A DNA stretch of 64,000 nucleotides. Origin: Epithemia pelagica. Its lineage: Eukaryota; Protista; Bacillariophyta. A program made the translations under genes and the position numbers. Within the stretch, counting starts at the first letter, position 1, and each line of letters begins with the position of its first letter. Location: NCBI GenBank assembly GCA_946965045.2, contig OX337236.1, positions 1,116,001 to 1,180,000 of the forward strand, read 5' to 3'. Under the pieces are notes generated by a model. It saw only the letters and a list, made by a program, of their open reading frames with translations. It ran no database searches and was not told the DNA's origin. Shown here piece by piece: positions 1 through 11,820 of the stretch.

Positions 1-1
1 T

Positions 2-715
2 TTCGAAACCGAAAATGACGGGGTTACAACTCAACGGACTGAGAATGTTGCGCCATATGCTCTTGGTGGCGATAATAAGAGCAACTTTTCCCCTGTATCT
101 ATCCTCAGCGAGGTCGGTACTTATGTCATCAAGGCAACTCCTTACTCGGGTAACGGTGGGACTGGAACAAGTGGAACAGAAATCTCGATTACCATTACAG
201 TGGTCACGACAGCCAATAGCGGACCTTCACCCACACCAGCTCCCGTGCAACCCACTCCAGCTCCCGTGCAACCCACGCCTTCTCCTACACCTGCTCCTGT
301 CTCGCCCACGCCGCAACCTACCACACCTCAACCCACCGAACACCATCCGGATGTGCGTGAGATTGTACTAGTTCCTGGTGGAGAGGACCCCAAGAATGGT
401 TGGGCGGATAGCTACTCCTTCGGTGATCGCTGCTATTGTGATGACTCCATTTCCACCTATGATCACAAGATGAAGGACTTTATGGTCGAGTTGGAGGATG
501 GTAACTGGTACACGGTCGATTATATCTGCAACCACATTATTGGGCCAGGACCTGGTTCTGCGGGCCGTCCTCTGTACAACGACGTTCAGTGCGGCAACGG
601 ACCACCCAATGATGCGGGTGATGAACACAATTGCCCCGGTCGAGTGGACCTTGGAAGTAGTGGCTGTGGACACATTGGACCAAAATGGAACTTTAGCAAT
701 GTGACATGGACGTAA
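2..715 (+). CDS. 5'-partial probable secreted protein: beta-rich domain (TENVAPYALGGD...ATPYSG), Pro/Thr linker, Cys-rich C-terminal domain (WADSYS...CYCD...YNDVQCGNGP...CPGRVD)
   Basis: Frame +2 is open from base 2 into the listed ORF 200-715. Both domains resemble modules I recall from secreted proteins of marine bacteria (not verified by search). Confidence 0.75.
   Translation, partial: FETENDGVTTQRTENVAPYALGGDNKSNFSPVSILSEVGTYVIKATPYSGNGGTGTSGTEISITITVVTTANSGPSPTPAPVQPTPAPVQPTPSPTPAPVSPTPQPTTPQPTEHHPDVREIVLVPGGEDPKNGWADSYSFGDRCYCDDSISTYDHKMKDFMVELEDGNWYTVDYICNHIIGPGPGSAGRPLYNDVQCGNGPPNDAGDEHNCPGRVDLGSSGCGHIGPKWNFSNVTWT
228..340 (+). repeat. Pro/Thr-coding tandem repeat (PTPAPVQ units)
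   Basis: CCAGCTCCCGTGCAACCCAC occurs twice at 21-bp spacing, followed by degenerate copies. Confidence 0.85.
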
Positions 716-1044
716 CGTGCTGCCTCGCCTCACAAGCGGCAATAACGGGAAACAAGTAGACATGGTTTCAAAGAGAGACAGGTCTATGACACATTTTACT
801 TTTCGCAGCCTTCACTCTCTCGCCACTTTCCCGTGTATCCATTCTGTATCACATTTGCCAACTTCACACGATCATTCATCCAAGATCTACTCAACGAACA
901 AACAATACTTGACAACTACAAACAGAACTTAGGAATAACGAACCAATTTAGTACAAACGTTATTTCGAAAACTATACACACCACAAAGAATTCCAGATGT
1001 CTTGGACGAGAATGTAGAGCAAAACAGAGATGGTACTGTTTTGC

Positions 1045-1654
1045 TTAATCGTCGTAGTGATATTTGCCTTCCTTTTTGCCACCCTTCTTCTTGTAGGATT
1101 CCTTTTTGCCTCCCTTCATTTTGAGTTTTCCTTTGTCGCCCATCTTGTAGGATTCCTTTTTGCCGCGCTTCTTGACAAGTTTTCCTTTGCCGCCCTTCTT
1201 TGAGGGTTCTGTTACTTTACTTGTGGGTTTCATTGTCGGTTTCATTGTGGTGGGCGTCTTCGTTGGAGAAGACACGGGGGGAGCAACGGGGGAAGCTGTT
1301 GGATCCACATCCTCAACCAATGGGCAAATCCCGCTAATACGGTAGTATGGAACCAATTCGCCACCCAGGGTCATGAGGAACTCGTCGATTGCCCCATCAC
1401 CCCAACCCCATCTCGAGGGAAGGGAAAATGGACTCGCGTGATTCACAGTCCACTCGCAAAAGTCTGGTTCTGGGATCTCCGTAATGGGAAGATCAGCATG
1501 TAGGCTTGCAAAGCCTTAAAGTAGGCCAAGCCTACTTCAACTTGAACACAGATACCGTCTTCCACATAACATGGCTCAATGTTGGGTGGGTCGATTGAAA
1601 TCTGTGCGCCCTCTTCTGTGACACTCCTGCGGGGAAGGGCGACTTGCAGCCGCC
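1045..1654 (-). pseudogene. 3' part of the M14 carboxypeptidase gene (Pro/Thr stalk, Lys/Gly-rich tail), separated from its 5' part by copia A
   Basis: Reads RLQVALPRRSVTEEGAQISIDPPNIEPCYVEDGICVQVE, then a probable 59-bp GT-AG intron (1477-1535), then IPEPDFCEWTVNHAS...KKGGKKEGKYHYDD*. TSD CCGCC at 1650-1654 matches 28276-28280. Confidence 0.7.
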
Positions 1655-2158
1655 AGTCGCAGTTTATGTTTTTTTAGCACCAGTCGCGTTTCCAAATTTG
1701 TATTTGTGTTTTGAAATATTAAATTTGCACCACTGGCAGTTTGTGTTGCATGACCCAATGATATAAGCCTACAGGTCGGAATCCGCGCATGCATGACGCG
1801 CAGGATGGGCTTTTGGCGCCACAGAACGCCGGGCCATTCGCCGTTTGTGTCTACGACACTCATGTTTTGCTAACTCACCTATGACACAACAAACAACAAA
1901 TGAGATTACTATCGTCCATTTGAATCAAGCTGTGCGTTGCAAGATAGCAGATCAATTCCTGGAAGCCAAAGCAAGGAATCAAAATGAGGAACTCAAGATC
2001 ACTTTGTTTACTCTATAGCTTTAATCATAATATCGATACAGGAGTTTTTGCAACGCAAAGACTTCTAGGTTGGTGTGGAGACTTGATCAATCTCCACCCC
2101 GATTACGCGGTATTGCCCTAGCTATTAGTATACCCAGTGTATGCTAGTGACTCTGATA
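1655..2158 (+). repeat. 5' LTR of copia A (504 bp)
   Basis: Matches 27771-28275 with 3 substitutions and 1 indel by manual comparison. Confidence 0.93.
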
Positions 2159-2393
2159 GGTTGCTACACCCAATTTTACAGCCTAACCCGCTACCGTTTC
2201 CTCTGTTCTAGTCCCAACGACCACCATCGTCGGACTACCCCTTCTCGAGATTTTTTGACAGGCCAACAAGCTGTCTACCCCAAGCGACGATTCACCAACG
2301 ACTCTAGGGAGCCACTTCTCCTTTGAGCCAATCGAAGAAGAAATCGTCTTCAACAGTTCCAGTTCTGACGGAAACGCCTCGGACACGTCCAGT

Positions 2394-3057
2394 ATGGCAA
2401 GTTCTGAAACCACCCCCAAGCCCACTTTCAAGCCACCCAAGCCCACAATGGGCGATCTTGTTCAACTCGACGAGTACAAGTGGGCGGCTTGGACCGGCGG
2501 AAAGCCTCTCCACACCTGGAAAGGACTCGACCCAACCGCCAAAACCTTCCCTGCAACTCCTCACCAACGACGATTTGGCAAAGACATCACCGGATTTGAG
2601 ACTCGCTGCAGCGGATTGTCCATTCGTTTCAAAAAGGGAGACAACCTCCACGAATTTATGAGGCGTCTCAACGACGTCTTCGTCCTCCGAGGTCTCGACA
2701 CCATCTGCTACCTCGCCGATCCAGCAACCCAAAAGAAATGCGACACATCGTCAATGAGCACACTCGCTTTAACCTCAAGCTTGTGCAGAAGGCAGCCCCT
2801 GCGCACTGCGCCCAGTTCGACCCATACGATTCTGAAAACGACACCGCTGCCCGCATGTGTCTCCTCGACTCTGTCAAACTGAAGATCCGCAAAATGTTAG
2901 AAACAAAGACAAACTCAACGGACTCCTTTCTTGTTACCTGGATGACTTTTATTAACCTTCTCCAATCCGACTCGGTTCAGAAATACGATGCTCTATCCGC
3001 CAAGATCGCAAGCCGAACCCCATTCATGTATCCAGGGCAGAACATTTCTGAAATGGC
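2394..3057 (+). pseudogene. gag: Copia A gag, N-terminal part (frameshift near 2738)
   Basis: WAAWTGGKP motif shared with copia C gag; ORFs 2394-2882 and 2738-3091 join by a 1-nt shift; cut by copia B. Confidence 0.85.
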
Positions 3058-3844
3058 TGTTACAATTCTCTTGGAATTGCAGTGGCGTTGATGCTCGGTA
3101 GAGCAGACAATCAGGTAGTCACCAACCGATACAAACCTCTCCACGGGTAAGAGAGGAAAGCAAGTCGTAGTCTATCAAAAGGATAGTCGGGACACAAAAG
3201 AGGATGTGATAAATGGTGATATTGTTAGATTGTGTGTTGATTACTACGATAGGTCTACGTGAAATGTTCGGTCCTGCCAAGGGTCATGTGTCAAAGGTTC
3301 TTGGCGGCAACAGGTTTGGAATAGTTGGAGTTGATTCATGTGATGTATATGACATGTATATGTGGACGGATAACATATACAGGGTCAACAGCTCTTGCTT
3401 TGGATTGGCATAGTTGTTTTCATGGCGCGCAGCTTGTTGACAATTATTTGGAGATTGTGGGAATGGAAATATGGTCTCGCGTGATCGTGTGTCGTGCTTG
3501 GGATACTTAGACCGTTGGGTCGGATAGATGCCGACAGCGCTCGGATGTCGCTTGGGCGCGCTCGATGATTTTGGGCGCGTACGCTTAGGGCGTTAGTATA
3601 ATGTCCGAGCAACGGCCAAATTTACGTCCGTTGTAATACCGCACGACCCAGTTTAGTCTTGAGAGTGAGTTTGTCAATCTATTCTCACTTTTCATGATTT
3701 GCGAAGAAATATAGGTCGATATAGCGCAAAGCTAGGGAACATAGCTCGAAGCTAGATGGCATGATGCGATAGCACGAGGCTATGTGACATGGGGAATCGA
3801 TGAGATGTAGAATCTAACCACCATAGACAGTGAGAATTCTAACA
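3058..3844 (-). repeat. 3' LTR of copia B
   Basis: Matches 10662-11448; I found 2 substitutions. Confidence 0.97.
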
Positions 3845-6800
3845 CTCCCCACAACTCGTCGTTTCAGCCTTGTCATCATTGGATTTGTTGAGGTCTTGAA
3901 CTTCTCCTTTCCAAAACAACAATGGCTTGAGCATGGGCCAAATAGATACGAAATCCCAATGTTTGCTAAGGATATCGGCAGGGTTGGTCTTTCCATCTTT
4001 CCAGTAGAATGCAACATACTTTGCTGCGATGGCTTCACGAACTCGGTGGTATGACAGAAGATGGTGTCTCTTGGATAGTATGGAATGAGGAACGGTTGCA
4101 TTGAGCACAACAGATCTGTTATCTCCGTACATGTAACTTTGCTCTCGGATAGGTACTCCAAGGTAGCGGAGAGAATGTCGTAATTCTGTAATCTGATCTA
4201 TTGCTGTCCTTGCAGCCACAAACTTGGATCCATAGGTAGCAGTTTCCACCGTGCTCTGTCTCTTGCTGTACCAGTCAATAGGTGTTCCGTTCAACAAATG
4301 TAGAACAGCAGTGACGGATTTACCAGTGACTATGTCATGCATGAGATTGGCATCAACATAATGAGTTGTGGTAACATAGCGGCCAAGAGGTGTTGGGCAG
4401 TCTTCAGGAATACGTTCACTTGCATTCGAATAGACAGTGCGAGTCCAATCAAATTCTTGGGTAGGAAGACTTGAATTATCAGGCTCTCCAATCCTAAATC
4501 TGATTGCACCTTCTGGGAGATGTGCAAGGTATCCATAGATACGCTTGGCTCTATCAAGATGTCCTTTCCTCGGAGCAGCACGAAAGTGTGATAGCGTCAT
4601 TGTAGCGGTGAAGACGTCGAAACGACCAAAAGTGATCACCCATTGTAGTTGTCCAATCAGAGTTTGGAAATGGCTAGTACCTTCTTCATCAAGGAGCTCA
4701 GAATCATCCAATTCAGGATGGTCTCCACCAATAAGAGGTGTTTTGGCTTTCTTGGGTTTCTCCTTGAAGATTCGTTCGAAAGTGTCCATCATCTTACCAA
4801 TGTAGCGTCTTGGATCTGCTACTAATGTTCCATCAGAATCCTTGGTGTAACAACATCCCAAGTGGAAATCAATAGGTCCATCTCCTTTGAGTTTAAAGTT
4901 GTATTTCTCCTTCAGGACCTTGCAGATATTCCCAGGATCAGTAGAAATAATGGCTAAGTCATCAACCTATACGGCAATGTATTTGTAACAGTCTTCTCCA
5001 GGTGCTTTCCTCATCCAGATATCCGGATCTGCTTTGCTTGGTGAAAATCCCATGTCTGTCAAAACATCAAATAAGACATCATGCCAGCGTGCGCCTGATG
5101 ACTTCAATCCATAAAGTGCCTTGTATATAATCAGGATGTGACCTTCTAATTCCTTGAATTCAGGTCCTGCGACAATGAAGATTTTCTCCCCTGTCAAGGC
5201 TTCCAGATATGCATTTCCAATATCTGCTCCCCATATTTCCAAGTCATTCAAAGTACCCAGGAATAAGGCAATGCGGAGGTTGCAAATGGAAACAACACCT
5301 GAATAGATTGTCTCAACAGGTTCTTTTGTGAGATGTCCATCTGCGATAAGTCTTGCTTTATGTCGTCCATCATGTTTTACGTCAAAGACAAGATGTACAC
5401 GTATCTTATGATATCCTTCAGGTGCATTGGATACTTTCCCTTTAATGAAGATGGCTTTCCCAAAATCCTTGAATGTCTTGTAGGACTGGATCTGTGACAA
5501 TTCTAATTCTGTTGCATCCTGCCACTTTGTGTTGCCATGTTGTTTATCAAGAGCGACAGCATCCTCATAATTGCGTGGTACTTGGAATCCAAACTTATAC
5601 TTGACGGAATGGTGAACTTGTTTAATCCTTGACTGTTTGGCTGCTTGAATGAGACGTTTGCTTGTTTTGACATAACGTTTCAAATGCTTCCATCCAGGTT
5701 CGTTGAGTAAACCATGTTTCTTTCCATAAATTGCTACAGTGATCGGATCATCATTGGCGATGAGTGATAAAGGTTCATAGGTAGTCTCCCCAGTTTCCCA
5801 ATCAACAAGCAAATTATATTTGCTCCCCTTGTAATCTGGATCAGTTGTGTTCAGTGGGCCTTGATGGGCAATGACGTCCCTGAACCTGAAAAGATTATCT
5901 CCAGAGGTTTGAGCTTGGTTATCTCGTTCGATATACTCCATGAGTTGATTATAGGATATCATCTCATCAACATCAGAATTTGTCTTTCGGTAGATGTACT
6001 TGACACGTTCTTCCTGTTTCGTTGCTTCTTCATTAAGATCAATGACTCGTTTGATGACACGTGCACGGTGTCGCTCCCCATTTTCTTCTGTGTCGCATAG
6101 GAATGTGCGTCCTATCATGTCGTCAAAATCGATCGTGGGCATTGGTTTGGATGGATCTTCACTATCACTGCGAATGAAGACAGTGTCAGCTTGCTTATCA
6201 TTGTCATCCTTCTCAGACGAATCCTCCCCTGAAGGGCGATCCACACGTAGGTTAGGTGTAGTGGATTCAACACGGCGAACGGCAGAATGGTAGATTATCT
6301 GGTTATCCTGGGTGAGAATCTTCCAAGTAAAAGAATCACCAACGCTGTGAGCAAAACCAACCCAGTGGCCAAGTTTCTCATCAGAAGAAGATGGATATGA
6401 ACCAGAATTGGGTTCAGCGGGGTCGACACGGTAGTAAACCTCATCCCAGAAAGGAAAGAACAAGAGATGAGTAATGTCAGGTGGGCGTCCGGAGAGAGCC
6501 TCAAGAGGAGTGCGACCGGAATGGGTGGGTGATGATGTATGGTTCAATAAGTCACAGACATACTCAAGGCAAAGAAGCCAGGTGTTGGCAGGGCAACCAG
6601 TGGCATTCATGAGAGCGTTAGTCATACGTTTGACGGTCTGGTAACGGTTTTCAGCCTTATTCTGGTGTTGATGATAAGGTTCGGATTGATACTCCCCAAT
6701 AAGCAAAGTGCGAAGAATGTCTTTGACCTTTTGAGAGATGAGAGATGAACCACCATCACTGATAAGAGTCTCCATGGCACCACGAAACCGGATGTTGTCC

Positions 6801-9526
6801 TGAAGAGTATTGACAAACTGTTTGGTTGACTTGATCCCATAGATATCAGTAACCAGGGTATCTCGACCAACAAAGATTTTTGCGACTTTACCGCCATGGT
6901 CAACAGCAGGGGTGTCGGAGAAAACCGAGTCAGTAGCAACGGGTTCATGACGTCGAGGTATATTAAGGACCGGATTGCGAGCCTTCAAATGTTTCTTGAG
7001 GGTGTCGTGGTCAAAAGAAATGCTACCATTACGTGTAGTGTGCTTGAACGTATCGGCAATAACATCTTCAGATTGCCAACCAAAGAATGGCCGGAACTTC
7101 TTCCAGTCATACGCTTCCTGGTAACGACGGTGGACATAGGCATGAAGTGTAGGATCATTACCTTCTGCGTCAGCATAGATAGAAAAGAAGGGTGTGTCGT
7201 CAGGTCCATGATCGTATGGGAGATCCAAAAGGAGATTGAGGTTACAAACAACACGATCAGTGTACTCCCCATAGTTGTCATATGGATGGTTCGACATACT
7301 ACCATCAGTCTTGACGTGTTTCCAATCAGGATCATTGTCAGAGGGTGTGGGAGAATACGAATGGTCCAGAACACCAGGATCCCATGTGTCGGGTGACGTG
7401 AAGATGATCTGAGGTAAGGTATTCATGTCATCGTCGCTGGGGATACCCAAGGAGTGGATGTAGGCTAACCCATCCTTGATGTGAAGGGGTATAGCACGAC
7501 CATCAAGTGTAGTGATGCGTTGTTTACCATCAACTTTAACAGATCGTTCATCAACAGCAAGTCCGAAATGCTCGAATTGACCAGGAGCATGGATAGATAA
7601 GCCCTTTCCATAATAAGCATATTCATTGAAGATGCCGACAATAGGTCCATCATTGGTCTCAAACTTTGCGGCACATGTGACGACAGGAAGTCCAGTAAGT
7701 TCATGGTTATCAATACCCACAATAGTGATATGGCGGCCAGTCTTAGAAAGGATGCGCATGTCAGAACCAGCAAGTCCTCCTTTAGCACCACGGTCAATCA
7801 ATTGATTTCCTGGTAAAGTAGATTTCCTGGAAAACAAATAGCGTGGAACATGTCCTGCTTGTTTATGCATGTTGGCTTTGAAAGTAACCTTCTTGCTCGT
7901 CTTGGACTTGGCGTTAGAAAGAACACTAGTCAGGTCAGTTGCCAGGTGATTGATATCAGTCGTCATGGCTTGGTTGATAAATTGTGTAACCGGATCTGAA
8001 TCATCTGGATGCTCAGGGACTGCGCCAGGTGAGTCGTCATCAGATGCAACTTGGTTGGGGTCAGGATCAGGTTCCGGATCAATGTCGAGGGCATGTGTTT
8101 GCACTTTCCTCGGTGTTGTTGATGAAGGTGCTTGAATCATCTTGTTATACTCAATGATCAACTTGCGATCTTCTTCAGAAAGTTTGAACCATAGGTCACG
8201 CGGTAGACTAACCTTGGACGAAGAGGATGGAGATTCAGATGTCGCTTTGGTGTTGTGGACATGATACTCCATATCATCTTGTGAGGTTATGTCAGCATCT
8301 GTATCTTGGCCATATAGTGATTCATGTTGTTTGACATGTCAACGGCGACTATGAACAGATGACTGGGTTGCTTGATCATGGTCATAAGCTGCGTCTAGAA
8401 GGAGACGGAAGTATGATTGATAGCAAAGGGATTTTGCACCGGATTTGGTGTTCACCACATTATCCAAGATCTTGACTCGGCAGAGATCAGGTACCTTTTC
8501 TACAGCTTGCATGAGGAAGGTCATCCTGGTATGATCAGGGATGCGATCAGACAATGTCACTAGATTGTCTAGCAAACGTAGCTGCTCTTGAAAGTGTAGA
8601 AGAAATTGACGTGTTGTTCCGCGCCATGTGTCGTCAAGACGTAGATTGGAAATGTAGTTGGTTAAACGGAGGACTTCTCGTTTTGCTAGGTCGGATTCGG
8701 TATGCAAAGAGTGTAACTTCTGCAATACGGCACGCGCATCTTCATCATGTTCATGTTCACGTACATAGGCTCGACCTTGGTCAGTCTGAATGATACGGAC
8801 AAGAACGGAGTAAAGAAATACTTGTTGCTCTTGAAAAAGTTCTTCGGCATACTCATCATCATGGGGTGGTGTGTATTTGAAATTCAGAACGTTGGATAGG
8901 CCTTGAGCCTTAGCTGTAGTCTTGAATACACGCCAGAATGAATCGTATTATCGTTCATCCTTGAATACCTCATATGCAGTTGCGTCGCGTTTAGTTCCCT
9001 TTCTGAATGCTGTAAGGTCTTGTTGAGATTGGGATGCGGCAGTAACTGTGCTGACAGATTTCACAGATGACGGTGACTTCATTGGGGAGACTGGAACTTG
9101 GCTAGGTGGTCCCTTAGAGAAATCTGTGTTGATCCTCCAAGTGTTGAACTCTTTCCTCGTTAGGTTCATCCAGTCGCTATTGGATAGCTCGTCTTGAATT
9201 TCATTGGTCTTGTATATGGCCCAATAAGCCAAGAGCTTGATCTGCTGTCTTGTGGGGCCTTGTAGATCATGTGTCTGTTTGTTGACCTTGTATTGTGTCA
9301 GTTCGTTCATGGATTCCTCGGTATTAGTTTGCATATACGAGATAACATGGGTAATGTTCTCAAAACCATGGTATTTCATCCACTTCATTAAGTAGTCGGC
9401 CCTTTCCTTGGTAAAGAATTGGCAGACAGTAAATATGATGTGGTCGAATAGGTCTGTGTTCGAGACATTGTCTTGGTTATCTTCTCCCTTAGGAGTCGTA
9501 GGTGTCTTGGGTGATTGAGGATCCAT
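3839..9526 (-). pseudogene. Copia B gag-pol, one reading frame with three premature stops
   Basis: ORFs 8948-9526, 8339-8725, 4967-8272 and 3839-4861 are all in frame. Protease LIDRGAKGG, integrase ATDSVFSD/LISDGG/AENRY, RT with YVDD hit by a stop (IAV*VDD), RNase H YVDANL/MYGDNRSV/NPADILSK. Confidence 0.93.
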
Positions 9527-9882
9527 GGTGTTATTTGTTTGGTTCGATGTTTATTTAATGTGTGGTGTGATGTGGTTTATTTAATGTGTGATGTGATGTG
9601 AACCCGGATGTACCACGTTTGCCACGTATGTACCACGTATGTTATACCCGGATGTGTGTTGTGATGTGCGACTCCTGGAAATTTCCGTCGATTCCGACAA
9701 ATTTTCGCCGAGTTTAAACAAATTTTCGCCGAATTTTTGCGATTTGACGGGAATGTGTGGCGTGTTGTGCGACCAAGTGTACCCGGATGTGCGTTGAGTT
9801 TAAGTCTTGGAAAGGTTTTGAGAGGACGGGAGTTAACTATGAGTAATTAAGCTTCGGTTTCCGAATCTCCACTCTCTTCCGA

Positions 9883-10626
9883 CTAATCAGAGTCGTTTCC
9901 AGGCTCAGATGGGGCAGCACAAGCAACAGAAGAAGGGGTATCACCTTCAGCCAAGTGGTTCTCGGCCTCGGCACGCAAAGGGAAGATAGTTGCACGATGG
10001 TCCTCGATGGTATGGACCTCGTGGATGTAGGCAACGTAGTTATCTAGGCGTACAACGTTAGGAGGCAGAGGGCAAGTCGTCGTGTTCACGACGTAGATGG
10101 TATTGTAGTATCCAGTTGGGCGCTCGAAGGTTAGGAAGCGGAGGTGGACAGTACGGATGGGGTTGCCCGAGAGGGTGGCCAAGATGAGGCGACGCCTCGG
10201 AGAGCGATGAAGTTGGTCGTTCAGACGTTCAATGTCTTCTTGGTCGACGATGTGGGTCACCGATTGGAACTGGCGTTCGATCTAGGTCTCCCCACGGATG
10301 ATCTCGGGATCGAAGGTCGAAGAAGTTGGTTGACGGAAGTACTTGATATGATCAGCAATCAACCGGGTGGTACGACGGGATCAAGAAGGGACGAGCCGAC
10401 GAGGCGGACTCGGGGGCCGAAGCAACGGCGCAGGGATCGGAGCGTGAGGCTGGGTTGGAGTCTCGAATGGGTTGCTGTTGGAACTGTCGACGGAGATGTT
10501 GACCGATGTGTTGACTGCCTTTGGCGTCGGCACCAGTTCCTGCTGCACCAGGGTATCGGGCTGCCCGGAATGCAGGTTGACTCGATAGATCTGTCGTACA
10601 GGAGTGATAAGCTCGTTAGTATCCAT
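9883..10626 (-). pseudogene. Extra ORF upstream of gag in copia B (248 codons, two in-frame stops), function unknown
   Basis: ORFs 10381-10626 and 9883-10260 share a frame; the gap has only one further stop (TAG). Confidence 0.55.
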
Positions 10627-10647
10627 GAAACCACAAGGAATAAGCTC

Positions 10648-10661
10648 TGAGACTGTTAATC
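10648..10661 (-). promoter_or_regulatory. Primer-binding site of copia B, complementary to a tRNA-Asn(GUU)-type anticodon arm
   Basis: GATTAACAGTCTCA directly follows the 5' LTR; its complement reads UGAGA-CUGUUAA-UC. Confidence 0.6.
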
Positions 10662-11448
10662 TGTTACAATTCTCTTGGAATTGCAGTGGCGTTGATGCTC
10701 GGTAGAGCAGACAATCAGGTAGTCACCAACCGATACAAACCTCTCCACGGGTAAGAGAGGAAAGCAAGTCGTAGTCTATCAAAAGGATAGTCGGGACACA
10801 AAAGAGGATGTGATAAATGGTGATATTGTTAGATTGTGTGTTGATTACTACGATAGGTCTACGTGAAATGTTCGGTCCTGCCAAGGGTCATGTGTCATAG
10901 GTTCTTGGCGGCAACAGGTTTGGAATAGTTGGAGTTGATTCATGTGATGTATATGACATGTATATGTGGACGGATAACATATACAGGGTCAACAGCTCTT
11001 GCTTTGGATTGGCATAGTTGTTTTCATGGCGCGCAGCTTGTTGACAATTATTTGGAGATTGTGGGAATGGAAATATGGTCTCGCGTGATCGTGTGTCGTG
11101 CTTGGGATACTTAGACCGTTGGGTCGGATAGATGCCGACAGCGCTCGGATGTCGCTTGGGCGCGCTCGATGATTTTGGGCGCGTACGCTTAGGGCGTTAG
11201 TATAATGTCCGAGCAACGGCCAAATTTACGTCCGTTGTAATACCGCACGACCCAGTTTAGTCTTGAGAGTGAGTTTGTCAATCTATTCTCACTTTTCATG
11301 ATTTGCGAAGAAATATAGGTCGATATAGCGCAAAGCTAGGGAACATAGCTCGAAGCTAGATGGCATGATGCGATAGCACGAGGCTATGTGACATGGGGAA
11401 TCGATGAGATGTAGAATCTAACCACCATAGACGGTGAGAATTCTAACA
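10662..11448 (-). repeat. 5' LTR of copia B
   Basis: Direct repeat of 3058-3844. Confidence 0.97.
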
Positions 11449-11650
11449 ATGGCTGCACACATGAAGGCAGACTGTGAGGATTTGTATGCATCAGGGTTTT
11501 ACAAACAAACGCTTACCTTGTCCGTTCTCCAAGCCTTTGCACTCGCAAATGGAGATCCCCTGTACAACCTTGGATTGTTGAATCTGTACCCACAAGTTCA
11601 GCAACGAATTCTGGAGATTCGATACATGACGGAACAAGACCAACAAAACA
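11449..11650 (+). pseudogene. gag: Copia A gag, middle fragment between the two nested insertions
   Basis: MAAHMKADCEDLY...MTEQDQQN continues ...NISE at 3057 and rejoins TLDKEGLSFAHICDKADALYMDAMNLK at 20721 in frame. Confidence 0.9.
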
Positions 11651-11820
11651 TATATATAGTGACTTCTTAGTTTATAGACTATCCTAGGCATGTGGCATAC
11701 ACAAGTTGGACTCGTCTACCGCGGCCGTAGCGACGGATTTGTTGTGGGTGTATAGATGGGTGCAAAAGGGTTGGGAGAGGACTAAAAGGACGACGAAGAA
11801 GCAGGGGTTCCCGCCAGCTG

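Larger units (their letters stand above)
3058..11448 (-). mobile_element. Ty1/copia LTR retrotransposon B, full length (8391 bp), nested in copia A gag
   Basis: 787-bp LTRs with TG...CA ends on the - strand, TSD ATGGC (3053-3057 and 11449-11453), PPT GGGGAG at 3845-3850. Confidence 0.97.

Noticed and set aside
1576-1863. Duplicated 95-98-aa ORFs (also 27683-27979)
   Set aside because: Antisense frames inside the copia A LTRs.
1655-2158. Idea that the 504-bp repeat is a giant target-site duplication of host gene sequence
   Set aside because: A 5-bp TSD flanks it, the PPT abuts the right copy, and the M14 halves join without it.
3213-3612. Short ORFs duplicated at 10929-11216
   Set aside because: Fall within the copia B LTRs; no coding signature.
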